DNA of 64,000 bases from positions 13,392,001 to 13,456,000 of the forward strand of contig CM120641.1 in assembly GCA_051362555.1 (NCBI GenBank). The letters run 5' to 3'. The translations under genes and the position numbers were made by a program. Shown here piece after piece: positions 47,201 through 61,282 of this stretch (positions within the stretch are counted from its first letter, which is position 1; each line of letters opens with the position of its first letter). A model generated the notes under the pieces. The model saw nothing but the letters and a program-made list of their open reading frames with translations. It was not told the DNA's origin and searched no databases. This DNA comes from Lingula anatina. Lineage: Eukaryota; Animalia; Brachiopoda.

Positions 47201-50200
47201 TACAAGGTGAGAAGTTTGTAAACATTGTTAACCATTTATACATATAATACATAATACAAGAATTTCTGAACTCCTACTTCCCACAATCGTCCCACCAACC
47301 TGATCTATGTTCAGCCTCAAAGGCAAAAGTGACACTCTCAGTGAACACTCTTTCTGGCTTAGCACAGTCAAATCAGGTCTGATATGCATTGCTTTGAGAA
47401 ATACCTAAAAAACACAAAATTTAATATGGAACTATCTCCAGCATGTAAGTTGATGCTTAAATACTCTTTATCAATCTTACATAAGAACTAGATTAAAATT
47501 ATGAATTAAAAACACAAATGGAAGCTCTTTTCAATAAATAAATAATAATTAATTTTAATAATAAATAAATAAATAAATAAATAAATAAATTTTACCTAAG
47601 AAAAGCATCACAAATTTGATGACCAACTGAAATGAAAGAATATATAAAAGCTGATGATCAACATGTACAAAGCATTAAAATGTTTACCATATTAGCATGT
47701 GTCTGTCTTGGTGTTGCCTCAGATGTGTACTGGTACAGGAACTTATTTATCTGAGAGGATGCCAGTCGGTCCCGTATCTCTACTTGGTTTATGATGAGTA
47801 TCTGCCGAGATGCTTCTCTTGTGTTTTCTGGATACACCTCGTGCTGTAAGCGAATCTGGAAGGCAAATATGTCCAGGTGTGTATCATCTAATATCTATTT
47901 GTAAACAAAGATGTATACATGAGTGAATGAATCTTTTTGAGTATGTGTGAGTTTGTATGCCTATATATCTGTAACTGTGGGTGCATGAGTGAGAGAGAGA
48001 GAGAGAGAGAGAGAGATTTACAAATACCTTGTTCATCTGTAATTCCATCAGCACTTGGCTATCTCTGCCTGGCCCTCCTTGTGAGTGCCAGTTAGCTTTG
48101 CCTGGTTTACCAGCTTTACCTAATGATGATGATGAGGAGGAAGACCTGTGAACCTTTTCTCCTGTGAGAGAGAAAGAGAGAGAATACAACCATGTTATTT
48201 GTCTGCATTATACTATTTATTTGTCTGATTAAACAATAAACACATTTGCCAGCTGCATGCACACACACCTTTATCATGGTCTCCAAAGTCCCTGCCCCCA
48301 TACATGTACCACACCAGAGACAGTTCTTTGAGAGTGTATCTGTAGACAGCATTTGGGAAGTGGTCAGGGGCCTTCAGTTGGTCAGTCTTGCCCAGTGGTC
48401 TGTGGAAGTGGTTGTCCACTATCTTCAGTGGCTCTGATGTGAAAACCCTGATAGCTGGTTTCCCATCTTTGGGCTAAAAGAAAAGGGGACATGTGAAAAG
48501 ACTTATTGCTCTATCATGTCAGTTTATCTTGTACCGGAGATGTACTGGACCACCAAGTTGTGACCTTTCTTCACATATTTCAATTTAACAAAAGATCTGC
48601 AATTCAAAAGACTTTGCTATGCTTTTGTACATAAATTTGTAGTTAAACTAGAGGATCAGAGAGGCGATACCGCCTCCTGGTATTGTACCACCAGCTGGAG
48701 TAAGAGCATTCGTATGGGAAGGAAAAAGAAGGGGGAGGGGTTGTCTCACTAGTTGACGATTTTCGCAAACAAAAGCCATTGATTGAATATACGATTGCAA
48801 CGATCCCCCACTGAGGATACGAAAATTACGTTCTTCCTTGCTCTTTGGCCAACGAAGACTCAAATATGAAAATCGCGTCCTCATCTCTTTCACATTGGGA
48901 ATGAACTTTCGCTAACAATTTGAAAGTTGTCTTTTTGTCTGCCAGTTTTAGAGATAAAATGGAAAAACATTTGCAAAGTTCAGTTTATGGTGAAAAGTAG
49001 GTCAAAGGTCAATTTCAAGGTCACATTTAGATTGCCAATATATGACTTCCTATTCAAGTTTAATAGTATCTATGGACCTATCTCTGCCAGTTTTGGAGAT
49101 AAAAGGGAAGCAAAATTTGCAAAGTTCAGCCCATGGTGAAAAGTAGGTCAAAGGTCAATTTCAATGTCATATTTAGATTGCCAGTATATGACTTCCTATC
49201 AAAGTTCAATAGTAACTATGGACCTATCTCTGCCAGTTTTGGAGATAAAAGGGAAGCAAAATTTGCAAACTTCAGTCCATGGTGAAAAGTAGGTCAAAGG
49301 TCAATTTGAAGGTCACATTTAGATTGTCAGTATATGACTTCCTATCCAAGTTCAATAGTAACTATGGATCTATCTCTGCCAGTTTTGAAGATGAAAGGGA
49401 AGCAAAATTTGCAAAGTTCAGTTCATGGTGAAAAGTAGGTCAAAGGTCAACAAGGTCACACTAAGATTGCCAGTATATGACTTCCTATCCAAGTTCAATA
49501 GTAACTATGGACCTATCTCTGCCAGTTTTGGATATGAAAGGGAAGCAAAATTTGCAAAGTTCAGTTCATGGTGAAAAGTAGGTCAAAGGTTAATTTCAAG
49601 GTCACATTAAGATTGCCAGTGTATGATTTCCTATTCAAGTTCAATAGTAACTATGGACCTATCTCTGCCAGTTTTGGATATGAAAGGGAAGCAAATTTTG
49701 CAAAGTTCAGTTCATGGTGAAAAGTAGGTCAAAGGTCAATTTCAAGGTCACATTTAGATTGCCAGTGTATGACTTCCTATTCCAGTTCAATTGTAACTAT
49801 GGACCTATCTCTGCCAGTTTTGGAGATAAAAGGGCAGCAAAATTTGAAAAGTTCAGTTCATGGTGAAAAGTAGGTCAAAGGTCAATTTCAAGGTCACATT
49901 TAGATTGCCAGTATATGACTTCCCATTCAAGCTCAATAGTAACTATGGACCTATCTCTGCCAGTTTTGGAGATATAAGGGACTAAATGTTATAATTTTGG
50001 AGTTCCCATAATGTGCCATGAATTTCCTACAGAAAAAATTAATTAAAATAAAGAAAAGGTCATTTTGGTCAAAATTCTTGAAATGGGAGGTACTCTGAAG
50101 TTCCAAAAGTTCAAATTTGATGAAATAATGTCAATTATGACCACAAGTTGTCTGCTTTGACAAGCCTTATGTTTTTTTATTTTTCCAGAGTTCAAAATTT

Positions 50201-53200
50201 ATTATCCATTACTAGTCAGGCGGTTAAGTCCAAATTATATCCAGAATTGTGCAAAAGATGATAAAAGCATGAAACTTTCCACTATGAATATTTAAGAAAG
50301 CCGCTCATCCGAGTACTAATGAATTTTGGAGTTGCCCCCTGATCCGAAATAGACAAACACCCAATGGTCATTCATCGTGGAAAGTTTCATGCTTTTATCA
50401 TCTATTGCACAATTTTTTGGCTTAGCCGCCTCACTATACCGTACTGCACATTTTGCTTTCACCACCAATATGTACTTTTTGATAGCGTAACTCGAAAACT
50501 GTTTGGAATACAAAAAAACGGAGACCACTTCCAGTGTTGGGCTTTACATGCTCTACAGAATGCAAAAAAGAATGGGTCTCTAGCATTAACAGTCCCCAAA
50601 TTAGAGACAGTTTTCAGTTTCGGCATCTTATGGCCGCTACTCCTGTGAAAATGCACCGATTGACCCCAAATTCACGGAGATGAAAGATGACCTGAAGGGT
50701 AACACTTTCCAATAATATTATTGGTTAAGTCTGTGTGGTGTCTGAATAACAGTGCAAAAAAAATTTTTTCACAAAAAATTTTATTTTTTTGAAAATTTTG
50801 GCCCGTTTGACCTTGAAGTAAAGGTCAAAGGTCAAATCCAAGGGCATATTTGAAATCTACACATATGACTTTTGGAAAGCCGTCTGTAGAAATTTTTCCC
50901 ATAACCCCTTCCGTAGGGTAGATAATTAGCATTTAATTTTGCCATTTTTGGACAAGGGTGCATTGCAATGAGTGCCACACCCAGACCCCAATACCGACAA
51001 AGCCCAAATTTTACGTGGAACGAGTGGAGATTATAGGTGACCTAAATCCAAGAGATGGGTACGGGGGCCCTTACCGTCTAGGAGGAGAAGCGGTAACGGT
51101 AGCCGTCCGGCGGAGCCGGCGGAACGATCCGGACGGGACCGAAACCATGTGTACCGCCAGCGCTAACGCTGGTGGTACAATTAAAGACAGTGAAAAGGTC
51201 TACAGGATAGGAACTTCCAATAGTACTGCAACTGAAATCCTTACATAAAACAAACCTTGTTCTCTCTTTTTTTATGACAGACAGAACTCATCAATAACTC
51301 ATTTGCAATAATTTTATCAAACATGTAATTAGTATTATTACTCACCATTATTCCCAAGCCAGGTTCATCTATGATACAGAATTCTTCATCATCAATATCA
51401 TTTTCATAATCATCGGGAGAGACTTCCCCAACAACCTGTGAGCTACCATTGCTGCTCATGTAAGAATCTCCACTTTCATCCATGATTGCAGTTATCTGTC
51501 TTGGAGGTGACGGGGAACCATCACGCTTTTTTGGCACAAAGAATACAGTTTGTGTTTTGGTGGTTTCTTGACTAGAAGCTCCACTCTCTGTAAAATTGAT
51601 AAATCATAAATAATTTTCCCTGTTTAACATTTTTTTGTAGGAACTCCATGTTTATTCATAAACTGTCCTCCCCTCTCTATGAACAAAGCAGACAAAATTA
51701 GTTCTTACTACTTAACTTCCACATTACTGTAAGTGCCTCTCTAGCACCATTTACTTTAATTTAAATTAATCACAAGTCAGGTTCTATTATATTATGTGGA
51801 ATTAATATGGCATAATATGGTACTCACCTACACTGGATTCCATATCAACTCTAGAACTCTGGGATTCCTGCATTGCATCTGCCATCATTGTGTTCATCTT
51901 CTCAAGGTGAGACTGACTCAACTGGGACATAGGTTGAAGTTGAGCAGTACTCTGTAAAGAAAATGTCATGCATGCAGGAGGATATTTTACATTCCACTAT
52001 TAAATGTGATAGATATAGATACAATTCTATCCAAGTAACATTTACACTCACACATACCTCAAATTCCCATGAGTTAAAACTGTTGCAGAAAGAGTGCCTT
52101 GAATTACCCATTATAATTCTATCTTTACCTCATTCAAATTGATCATGTGTATACTTTTTCAGCTTATTCTATAGATTTCAATTTTGTAACACCAGGATGT
52201 AATGACAAATCATTAATTCCATCAATTATCTTTATTTGCATCCCATAACTGACCGAATGTCCATCAGCTGCCTCCTCCTGAGCCATATCAGCACTGTCCA
52301 GCACCAGATCCCCATCCTCACTGAGGTATGAGATCATTTTCAGCAGTGCCCTGAAGCTGTCTGAACAGCTGCGTATGTGCAGCTTGTTACAGGAAGCCCT
52401 GAGGTCAGTCTTGGGGTACCTCTGGAAGAATGGAGAGACAAATGGAACAGGTGGATTCCAAAATGTTCTCTTCTTTAAAGTTTTTAACACAGAATAATGT
52501 ATTTTCTAAAAATTCAGAATTTCTCCTTTATTAATTTTGCCTTAATTTCTTATTCAGCTGGTACTGGATTGGGGAATATGGCTGTGAATATCAACTGAAA
52601 ATTAAATAAAATATGGATAATTCTTTAATATAAGTTTAACATGTGTAATTATATTTATTGTCTGAACTAAAATTAAGACTAAATGGTAAGAAATCCTTAC
52701 CAAATCTTTTCCAGCAGTTGTGCGTAGAGCCAGCTCAAAGTTTCCAAGGTCCAAGACACAGACATAATCTGGACAGGATTAAAGAACACATTAAGAAAGA
52801 CTTCAGAAACAATTATACACATAAATTCTGTAACATTTCTAGCATGTCAAACACTGAAACTAAAATTTTACCTCTAATCTTGTGATTACAATGTAGTTGC
52901 TTGTGAACACACACACATATACACACACAACAAACAAATTAAAGGAGGGCCACTTGTAATGAATACACAACCTTTACTTCTACAAATCATCATAGTACGA
53001 GTCAACTTACTTTTCTTCAGATCAACTCTATTGGCATTGCACTTGTCCGATAAATATAAGGCTGCATCATCAACCAGAAACCTAACATGTTAAACAGTGT
53101 TAAACAATTATCGTCTTATACAAATACTTACTCGTCATCAACAAAAAATACTAACAATTTTGTCATCTTTAATACAATTCCTGACCGGTAATTTAATGAA

Positions 53201-56200
53201 GCATGAACGATATGCTCCTATTTAAAATCAGGAAGATAACACACAGGTTGCTTTGCATCATTCTTCTAAGAATACCAAACACTTATCCAAACATTTACCA
53301 TTTAGGGTTTAAAAAGTATTATAGATGTACCTAAGTAAAGACATGCAAGAATCAGCTATAATGTTGCTGGAAACACTGAAGGATTCAACTGTCACCATGG
53401 CACGATATGGCAAGTACAGAGGCCTGAAAAATAACAATGAATTTGGAAACTATAAAGTATACCCCTTGAAAACATTTCTACTCATTTGTATCATATAATC
53501 ATTTCTTCAAAATTGAACATCACAAGGTTCCTTGCCTTATCTTCTTAAACCTGTACAATAACTTAATATTCTCAACACATATTGATTACTGATTCCACAG
53601 AAAAAAGCTTTATAAATACAGCAAAGTAACTCAATGCATTGCAGCACATGTAATTTTTTGTATTGTAATGAATAGTCTGCGTTACAGTAGCTGTCAGTAT
53701 AATTCCTGGTGGGATGCCACACTTCTAAGAATCAGACACCAGAAGTATACATTACTGTGCTATGCACCAAAGCTGTACCTGTAATCAATTGCACATCCTC
53801 GTAGATACACATGAAGCTCTGTGACAATGGTGGGTAATGTATACCCAAGCACAGGGTAGTCCTTCACATCCAGAAAATCCAATATCTGTCCAAACCACCC
53901 CTGACCTGTAGGGGCCATCCGGTGTTGTAAGGTTCCACCCTTGACCTCAAGAGCTACCAGAAAATTCTGGAACAGGGATCAAAGTACTGCAGCACTGGAT
54001 ACAGCACAGACAGTTTGAGATTTTACCTCCCTTGTGGAACATTTCTATAATGCAGCAATTGAGTACTTCATTCTTACCAACATCTTAGAAGAAATTTAAT
54101 GTACAATATATCTGTTTGGCTAGTCTAGACTGAAATTACAATTGACCAAAGGGTTAAAAAATGATATAAGCCATACTTCTTACTTTAAAAAAATTTTGTA
54201 CTCTACCTTTTGTGATGCCACCTTGTTAATCTTAACAGCTACAGACAGCATGTCTATACTGTCCTTTCCTTTGCCCACTTGGCCAGCCATGGTGGTGCAG
54301 GCTGCCCCATTCTCTGTGGGGTAGATAGTGGGGTGGAGATGCTGGGGGACTACCTTGTCAAGGGAGAGTTCATCTGCTGGTGGCCATTCCCTGGGGATGT
54401 CAGTGCAGCCTGGAGATAAACAATCAGATGTGTTCATATATAGAACTTACTTATTAATTTACAGGCAAATGGATTCATTCAGCCAGGGATCCTTATGTAA
54501 CATGGTATAAAATTCATACAACTGTTTCTATAGTAAAGCCACAAGTTACCACATATTTTGGATTTTTGATAATACTGAACTAAAAACATCCTTAATAACA
54601 GTAGAGAAATATTTTAATAAGTAAAATTTGGAGAAAACTTCATTCACCGAATAAACTTCTAATGGCTTGGCCCCAGGCTATTGAGTTATTCTTAACGCAC
54701 ATACCATTATGATAGACCTCTGCCCTATTGGAGGTAACATACAGGTATCTAAGGGAGGGGTCACCATTATAGTTGGTCACTGCAAACACTGACCCATCCT
54801 CTATGTCCAACAGTAGCTGACCATGCTTCTCAGGACAGATGCTGGCATCTTCTTTCTGAAAAATAAAATGCTAGGCATGTTTTTTTTTTTTTTTTTTTAA
54901 TAAATTCACACTCCTTAATAATAGCAAACAAAAATACTTAAAGCAAAGTGAACTTAACTTTGAAGTAAAAGATCAATCATTATTCTTAGGCACAATTTTT
55001 AAATTTTAAATTGGTGTAAGTAAACTACAAACCAAGGCAATACTTACCTTGATGGGTACACAGGCAGTTAACCTGCCCTTAGATATGTTAAGTGTGAAGC
55101 AAATCTTGCTGGGAAGTTTCTTCTGCTCTTGGAGCTGTTTTCTTCTCTGTCTTACTTTTGGATCTGTCACAGAGTAAAATGTCCCACTTTCTTCAGAGTC
55201 AGAGTCAGAATCTGGGAAAATATCAAATCTCAAAGACATGTTTTATGAAGAAAACAGGTCATAAAATTCATCCTACAGAGATTTTTTTAATTACAAAAAG
55301 ACGTCATTAAATCTAAGGAAAAATGAAATTGTCAATCATAACTGCCTTTGGAAAATTTGGGAAAATGCAAAAAAATAATTTTTAAACTGGTGGTTGACGT
55401 AACTTTTGAAGTCAAAGAGAACACAGACTTGCAAATGTCTCTGCTCATTTATTTGCTTTACACCCTCCTATGACCTCCTCATAAAATCAGTAACACACTT
55501 ACATTTACATTGTATTTACGCTTCATTCAGTCTGGTATACCCCCCCCCCCCCAACACACACACAAACACGCCTTTCCCCAAATAACTCAGGCAGCTTACC
55601 ATTGACAGCAGCAGACTTGCACATAATGAACTTGTCCCCAGTCATCTGGTTCAGCAGGTGGTCAGCCAGGTTAAGGCCTACACTTTGTTGACAAGAGTGA
55701 CCTCCATAAATATCTGGTGGCTTCCATGTTGGTGGTGCTAGTGGTTCCCATAGCAACAGGTCACTGTTAAGCCTATGGAATAAAAGATTTTTTGATGAAT
55801 TACCATTTTTTTAAAATAAGGTTGTGTTAAGTTAACACCTTATATCCATAAAGCTTTAGTCACATTTCAAGCAAAATGCAATTCAGTTTTAAGATATTTT
55901 GTAAAGAGACATTATTCAAACTAATTTGTATTTTAACAATTTAAAACTATGTCTTCCAATTTTTCTAAAAGTATTCATTATTAGGTATATCCCTCCAAGT
56001 CTGAGGAAAAAACACTAACCTGTTGTACAGCAGCTCAAAGAAGTTCTTGTCTGGCAGAATAATGCTGACCTGAGGCACGGTCAGTTCTACCTCCATTTCC
56101 ACATTGCTGACAACCTTGTCACGGAAATGCTTCATCTCTGCAGCATCCCCTGGCATTACCATCTGAAAAAAATTAATTAATATGTTAACATTCAAAATTA

Positions 56201-59200
56201 ACCATATATATATATATATAACTTTTAAAATTCTCAAATCAACCAAAAAATCTAAGATTATGTCACACAATCCAAAACATTCAAGTCTGAAATACATGCA
56301 ATAAAGGAGTCATGCATTAATGCCTGTAGATGGTGTACAATATTTATTAAATTAATCCTGATAACAATATATCAAAATAAACAATGAGGAAATGATATAG
56401 TAAAAAAAAATATAGTTAAATATGTTCGTACTTGCAGGGGCTTGGGTTCTATATATTAAAGCTTTTATACGTGCAATACTAATGAAGTGACAAAAGGAAA
56501 GGGTCATCAAATCATTTAAAATCAGTTGGCTTGCTTGATATCTCCTATAATCATAACAAATTGTTATTGGTGCATTCTGAAAACAAAGCTAATTTTGTAT
56601 TGTCAAAATCAAATCTTATTTGATTATCATTTCATATGTTGCAAAGCTGTCATTAGGAAGAGTGTATTCTGAAAAGAAGCAATAATAGACAGTGGGTATA
56701 TGTTGACAGTGGGAATTCTTAAAGAGAAAAGAGATTCAAAGAACATACTTCGTTTGATTTGAGTAAAACTAATTTATCTATATTTTAAAAGGATTGGTGC
56801 AAAAATCAGGATCATACTGAGAATTGAACTTTGATATAATTCCCTGAAAGCAAGGAGAAATATTAAGCTGGATGTCAAAGATGCCAATGCCAGTTGCAAA
56901 TTAAGCAGCAAGTCACAGAGCCAAGGCCACGATTACCTCTTCTGGGAGGGTGTGTGATTTGGTATCTACAAAATCATGATGCTTTCCCTTTGCATCATTG
57001 TTCTCACAATGCTCATCTTGTTTCTCAAACTAATGGAGAAAATGGGAGAGTGGCTCATAATATTATTCATTTAACAAGGCAATATGACAACTTAACTTAC
57101 TTTTGTTTATAAGAATATAAAATGCAGAAACATTATTTTGAAATAAGCAGACATAGACATCATGCAAGACATCAAATAACAAAGTAACTTCATAGAACAG
57201 CACTATCCTAAAGTTTCACACCAACTACTTTCAGTAGCACATACCCCAGAGATTATTTCATTATTACAAAAAATACCAATATACAATACTACAGCCCTAT
57301 TCTATCCCTCCTATAGGTTGTATCTTTCTAGTTCTATTAACTTTTGCATGCAAAACATACTTTTGACTGAAAATGAAAAATGTTTTTGATGAATCAGATC
57401 AAAAAAAAAAAAAAAAAAAAAAACTGTCACTGGTCAACCACAACATTTACAAGGATTGGAAATGTTAACAAATGGGCTTTAGAGAAACTTTCATGATGGA
57501 GGAGGACCAAGTTATACGTACCTCTTCACTCTCATACATGACCTTCTTGGCAGAGAAGGGGGTTGGCTCAGCCTTGGCAAAGCCACAGGCACCATTGAGG
57601 GAATCATAATGGTCCTCCACCATACTGGCCTCCATGCCTTGGACCTCTTCAAGAACGGAATGCACCTTGTGGTTGATTCTGATTAGCAGCCTAGAAAAGT
57701 TTTTAAAATACATAGTCAATTTATTTAAGTTTGTATTTGTAAGTTATGTGCATATCCTGCATAAATGCAATAAAATTCTGTTTCAATTATATCCATTTTT
57801 AAACTAAAAGTTAGAAATGAAAATGGTTTTACATAATTTTCCATCTTTTTTCTTATAATCTCCTCACTTTTTCAAATTGAAAATAAGTAAGAAATAGGTT
57901 GTCACATAACAGAGCATCTGTTTTCCTGATATCCCACTCATAAGCAGTTTCTGTTTTACCATTTATTAAAATCAATTGCTTTCACTTACTGTTTGGTTTG
58001 AATATTATTTAATAATAAGAGACCAATTTTATATAACAATGTGCATTATAAAAGAATAAGTAACTTAATAATAAATCAGCCTTTTTACTCCAACTCAAGC
58101 AGTGTGGTCTACTTTTTCCTCGCATATAGTTCAACTGCAACTCATGCCATAAGCCAGCTTATATTATATGATCACTATCTTTACAACTTGATTCCAATCA
58201 ATTGTTTATTGTGTTTTATTACCAAAATGTATGTATATATAGTACACATAAGTATAAAATGCTACTACTTTTACAACAATTATGATACTGTACCTAGGCC
58301 AGTCTAATCTCATGTCTCTGTCTTGGTCACCACTGTGTTTGGCATACAGGAAAGACACTGGAGCTTTGTCAGAAGATTCTTGAAACAAACCTGGAAAGAA
58401 AAGTAATTTAACAACTTATCATATATAAATGATGAGAACCTTTGGAACATTGACATTTTAAGAGAATGATATATATATATATATGCTGATTTTTAACATT
58501 GGTATTAAGGTACTTCTTGCAAATCTAATAAAAATTCAGGCAAGAATTGAACTTCTGCACGAAGACTTCTATTAATGTTTTACAGATGATCCAAATTAAT
58601 AACAATAATAAACTAAATAAACTAATTCTAATATCACATCAATTCAATCTTAATTAACCTACTATGAACTATAAAGAAAGTGTAAATGTTTTATTTATAC
58701 CATGGACTTCTTCACATGTCAGCTCATACTCAGAGGTGGGTAGGGCCTTGTCCAACACTGTATGGAATGCTGCTTTCTGAAGCTTCACAGTGAGAACTTC
58801 CTTATGAAGACGTTGAAGCCACCATGGGTACTTCTCACTGCTCTGACGTAGATCAGGGATTGGAAACCTAAGGAATATCAAATAACCTTTAAGTGTCCTA
58901 CATTTCTCTTAATAATGATCAACAAGAACACCTATAACAGTAAACTAGAAATATATCCAGGAAACACTTGGTGTATCATATTCAGGTTTAAAATAAGTTC
59001 TTATGTAATTATTTACAGATTGGATAGACTGAAAACCTGAAACTGCAACTTTCATCCAATATTGAACACAACTGAATATGCAATCAGATGACTTATATCA
59101 AAATACTTCATTATTGTTTCATACTCACCTAAGGTTGATTGTGGCACAATCACTTGTGACATGAAGATCTACTTTACTACCTGATGCAGCAACATTCTCA

Positions 59201-60248
59201 TCCATAGCCTGATTGTACATCATTTGGCGTGTCTGAAAGTCAATCATCAAAAGGAAATAAATAAATAAATAAATAAATAACTAGTTTTCTAGATCAAACA
59301 AAAGTTCCTAATATTTAGAATTTTACACGGCGACTTCATTAAAAAATTTTGCACAATAATTAACAGTTAAAATACATTTGACAAAATATTTATATATTGT
59401 TTTACTCCAGATAAGCTGTTGTCTTTAACTTGCATTGGCAGGAGAAAATGAGAAATATGTAAAGTTTAAATAAAAATTTCCAGCTTATCAACAATTTAGT
59501 CACAACTGCACTTGGTTAAAGTAAATATATTCCAGTTCCACTCACTGTATTAATACTGCTTTGAATGGAGTACATCTGGGTTCCAGTGTCCTGGGGTTCT
59601 AAAGGCAGAGGATTTAGGAGTGCATTCAACCTGTCCACTATACTGATGTCCACCTCTGAAATGACCTGTCCTAGCTCTATGTGGACCTCAGTACCTGGGC
59701 TGAATGAGTGGGATGACTGTCTACGTGAAGACTGCAATGAAAAAATGGGAAGATAAATTGTTGTTTTATGTGCACATTTATTAATTGTCAATGACAGTCT
59801 GTGCCGTGTCTATAACTGAAAAAACTGCTTAATGACCAAAGTAATACAAAACCTTACAGAATATGAACCCTACAGATACTGGTGAAGTCTACTACTTCAT
59901 TAAAAATATACACCATTCCTTATAACAGCAAATAAGATGAACTGAGCCTCTGGTAAAGTGTGAAAAGAGGAACCCAAAAAGTGGGCTATATGCTATGCAC
60001 AATTCATACAATCGCATGAGCCATTTGTACAGAAAAATATTGATTTAATTTATATCTTAGGAGTAAGATTTAAATGTTAAAGAAACAATAAATAAAGGAA
60101 AACAAAAAATGAAATGCATTTTTTCTACCTGACAGGGTTTTTCCAAGGACTGTATTTTCATCTTAAAACAAGGTGTGCTGTAGACACTTGTGTACATCTG
60201 TCCTAATTTGCTGCTCTGATGACCACCTTCTTCATGAAATATGAGCAA
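44276..60248 (-). CDS. ATG2: Autophagy-related protein 2 (lipid transfer protein), 3' ~27 exons; N-terminal part lies beyond the window
   Basis: Exon translations match metazoan ATG2A/B motifs: EVDISIVDRLNALLNP, RFPIPDLR, PTPFSAKKVMYESE-MVMPGD, LYNR..DLLLWEP, LIR EEFCIIDEPGLG (FCII at 51370-51381), LVWYMYGGRDFG, VEIRDRLASSQINKFLY, GIRDLFWLPYEQYQKDGRIVRGLQRGA and GAVGGVLRQIP...EATSNILGGMRNQ...KWR. Most upstream exon seen is 60129-60248. Confidence 0.96.
47990..48015. repeat. (GA)n microsatellite in an ATG2 intron
   Basis: Uninterrupted GA run read directly. Confidence 0.9.
48935..49980. repeat. 146-bp tandem repeat array (~7 copies) inside HINE family C
   Basis: ATGGTGAAAAGTAGGTCAAAGGT starts at 48987, 49133, 49279, 49425, 49568, 49714 and 49860. 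Confidence 0.95.
50213..50436. mobile_element. 224-bp MITE with TAG...CTA termini and a 3-bp TSD (Academ-like), nested in HINE family C
   Basis: TAC|TAGTCAGGCGGTTAAG ... CTTAGCCGCCTCACTA|TAC. Inner 45-bp inverted repeat 50245-50289 vs 50370-50414 with 2 mismatches. Confidence 0.82.
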
Positions 60249-61282
60249 CTAAAGAAAAATGAAAAATAGCTTTGTAGAGCACTGTGCAATATGATAGATA
60301 TCATAAATTACAATATAAATGTTATTTCAATTTATGGCAATAAAGCCATAAAAGGGTTTTAACTGTTGCCCTTGCACTCATGCTTCCAAGACATAAGTTA
60401 AAATATCACTATTAAACTTAATTTTAAACTTTGATACTGTAACATTGGGATACACAAAATAATCTGTTGAAAGACAATTCAACCACTGTTCTTTTTCTCT
60501 CTACATCAGAAAAATATAATCTCATTTCTATCAGGAGAGTTTGGTGTTTATCAATTTTAAACATAAACCAAACCCTTTGGGCTAGAGAATGCTGTAGGTC
60601 ACAAACATACTGCAAATGTAAACTATAATAGGTCCAAGCACCAGTAAATGGAACACATTACAGATATGCTTCATGATGATGTAATATTCTGTATTAATTC
60701 AACAGGAAATTTGGCACATTCTTCCAAAATAATGACAATAAATAAATCAGGGAAAAATAATTTTGATAACAAGGTGTTAACAAAAAACTGAGAGCAAGGT
60801 ACATATTAGCATTATTCTATATGAATCTGTACTTTGTATTCTACCTCAACCTAAGGAATGCAAGCCATTGTTGTAATCTCCATTGTTGCAAGGGATCTGT
60901 GGCGAAATACTTGCTCTGAAGCATTCAGCCAGTGCATATTAAATTTCGGCAAATAAAAGGTAGCCTTCATACAAAGGTGACTAAAGCTGTCAAAGGTGTC
61001 CATTACTAAGGAGTCAAACCACTTTCCTGTCACTCATATTCCTATTATGGTTAAAACTTGGTCACATGACTTGCCAAATAAAGATTTGGCGGATGTGACA
61101 CCTTCCTTATATAGAAGGTAGGTGGGGCTATACAGGTAAAACAGAATATCACAGATACACAGGTGTAATAGATTAGTCAGTTCATTCCATGTCATCTGTG
61201 ATTAAGCTACTGATGCACTTATCAGTGTGAGGATCAGCAAAAAGCATAATATTTCAAAATTCAGGACTGAGATACTTTCAAA

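Larger units (their letters stand above)
48646..51185 (-). mobile_element. HINE-like (Helentron-associated) element family C in an ATG2 intron
   Basis: Minus-strand 5' end is TTTAA plus a palindrome with 13-bp arms (+ strand TGTACCGCCAGCG-CTAA-CGCTGGTGGTACA, 51150-51179), followed by CCG-rich short repeats. 3' subTIR (+ TTGTACCACCAGC, 48683-48695), hairpin GAGGCG-ATAC-CGCCTC (48661-48676), terminal CTAGTT on minus. Confidence 0.85.

Noticed and set aside
48935-49980. Regular arrays (also 15138-15760 and 23940-25310) as CRISPR-like loci
   Set aside because: Whole units are repeated with no unique spacers, there are no cas genes, and the context is eukaryotic introns.
60424-61033. Minus-strand ORFs as further ATG2 exons
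   Set aside because: Their translations do not resemble the ATG2 region expected upstream of LLIFHEEG; treated as intron.
61100-61190. TATATAG (~61108) and TCAGTT (~61177) as TATA and Inr of the LRR gene
   Set aside because: Spacing of about 70 bp does not fit the usual ~30 bp, so no core promoter was called.
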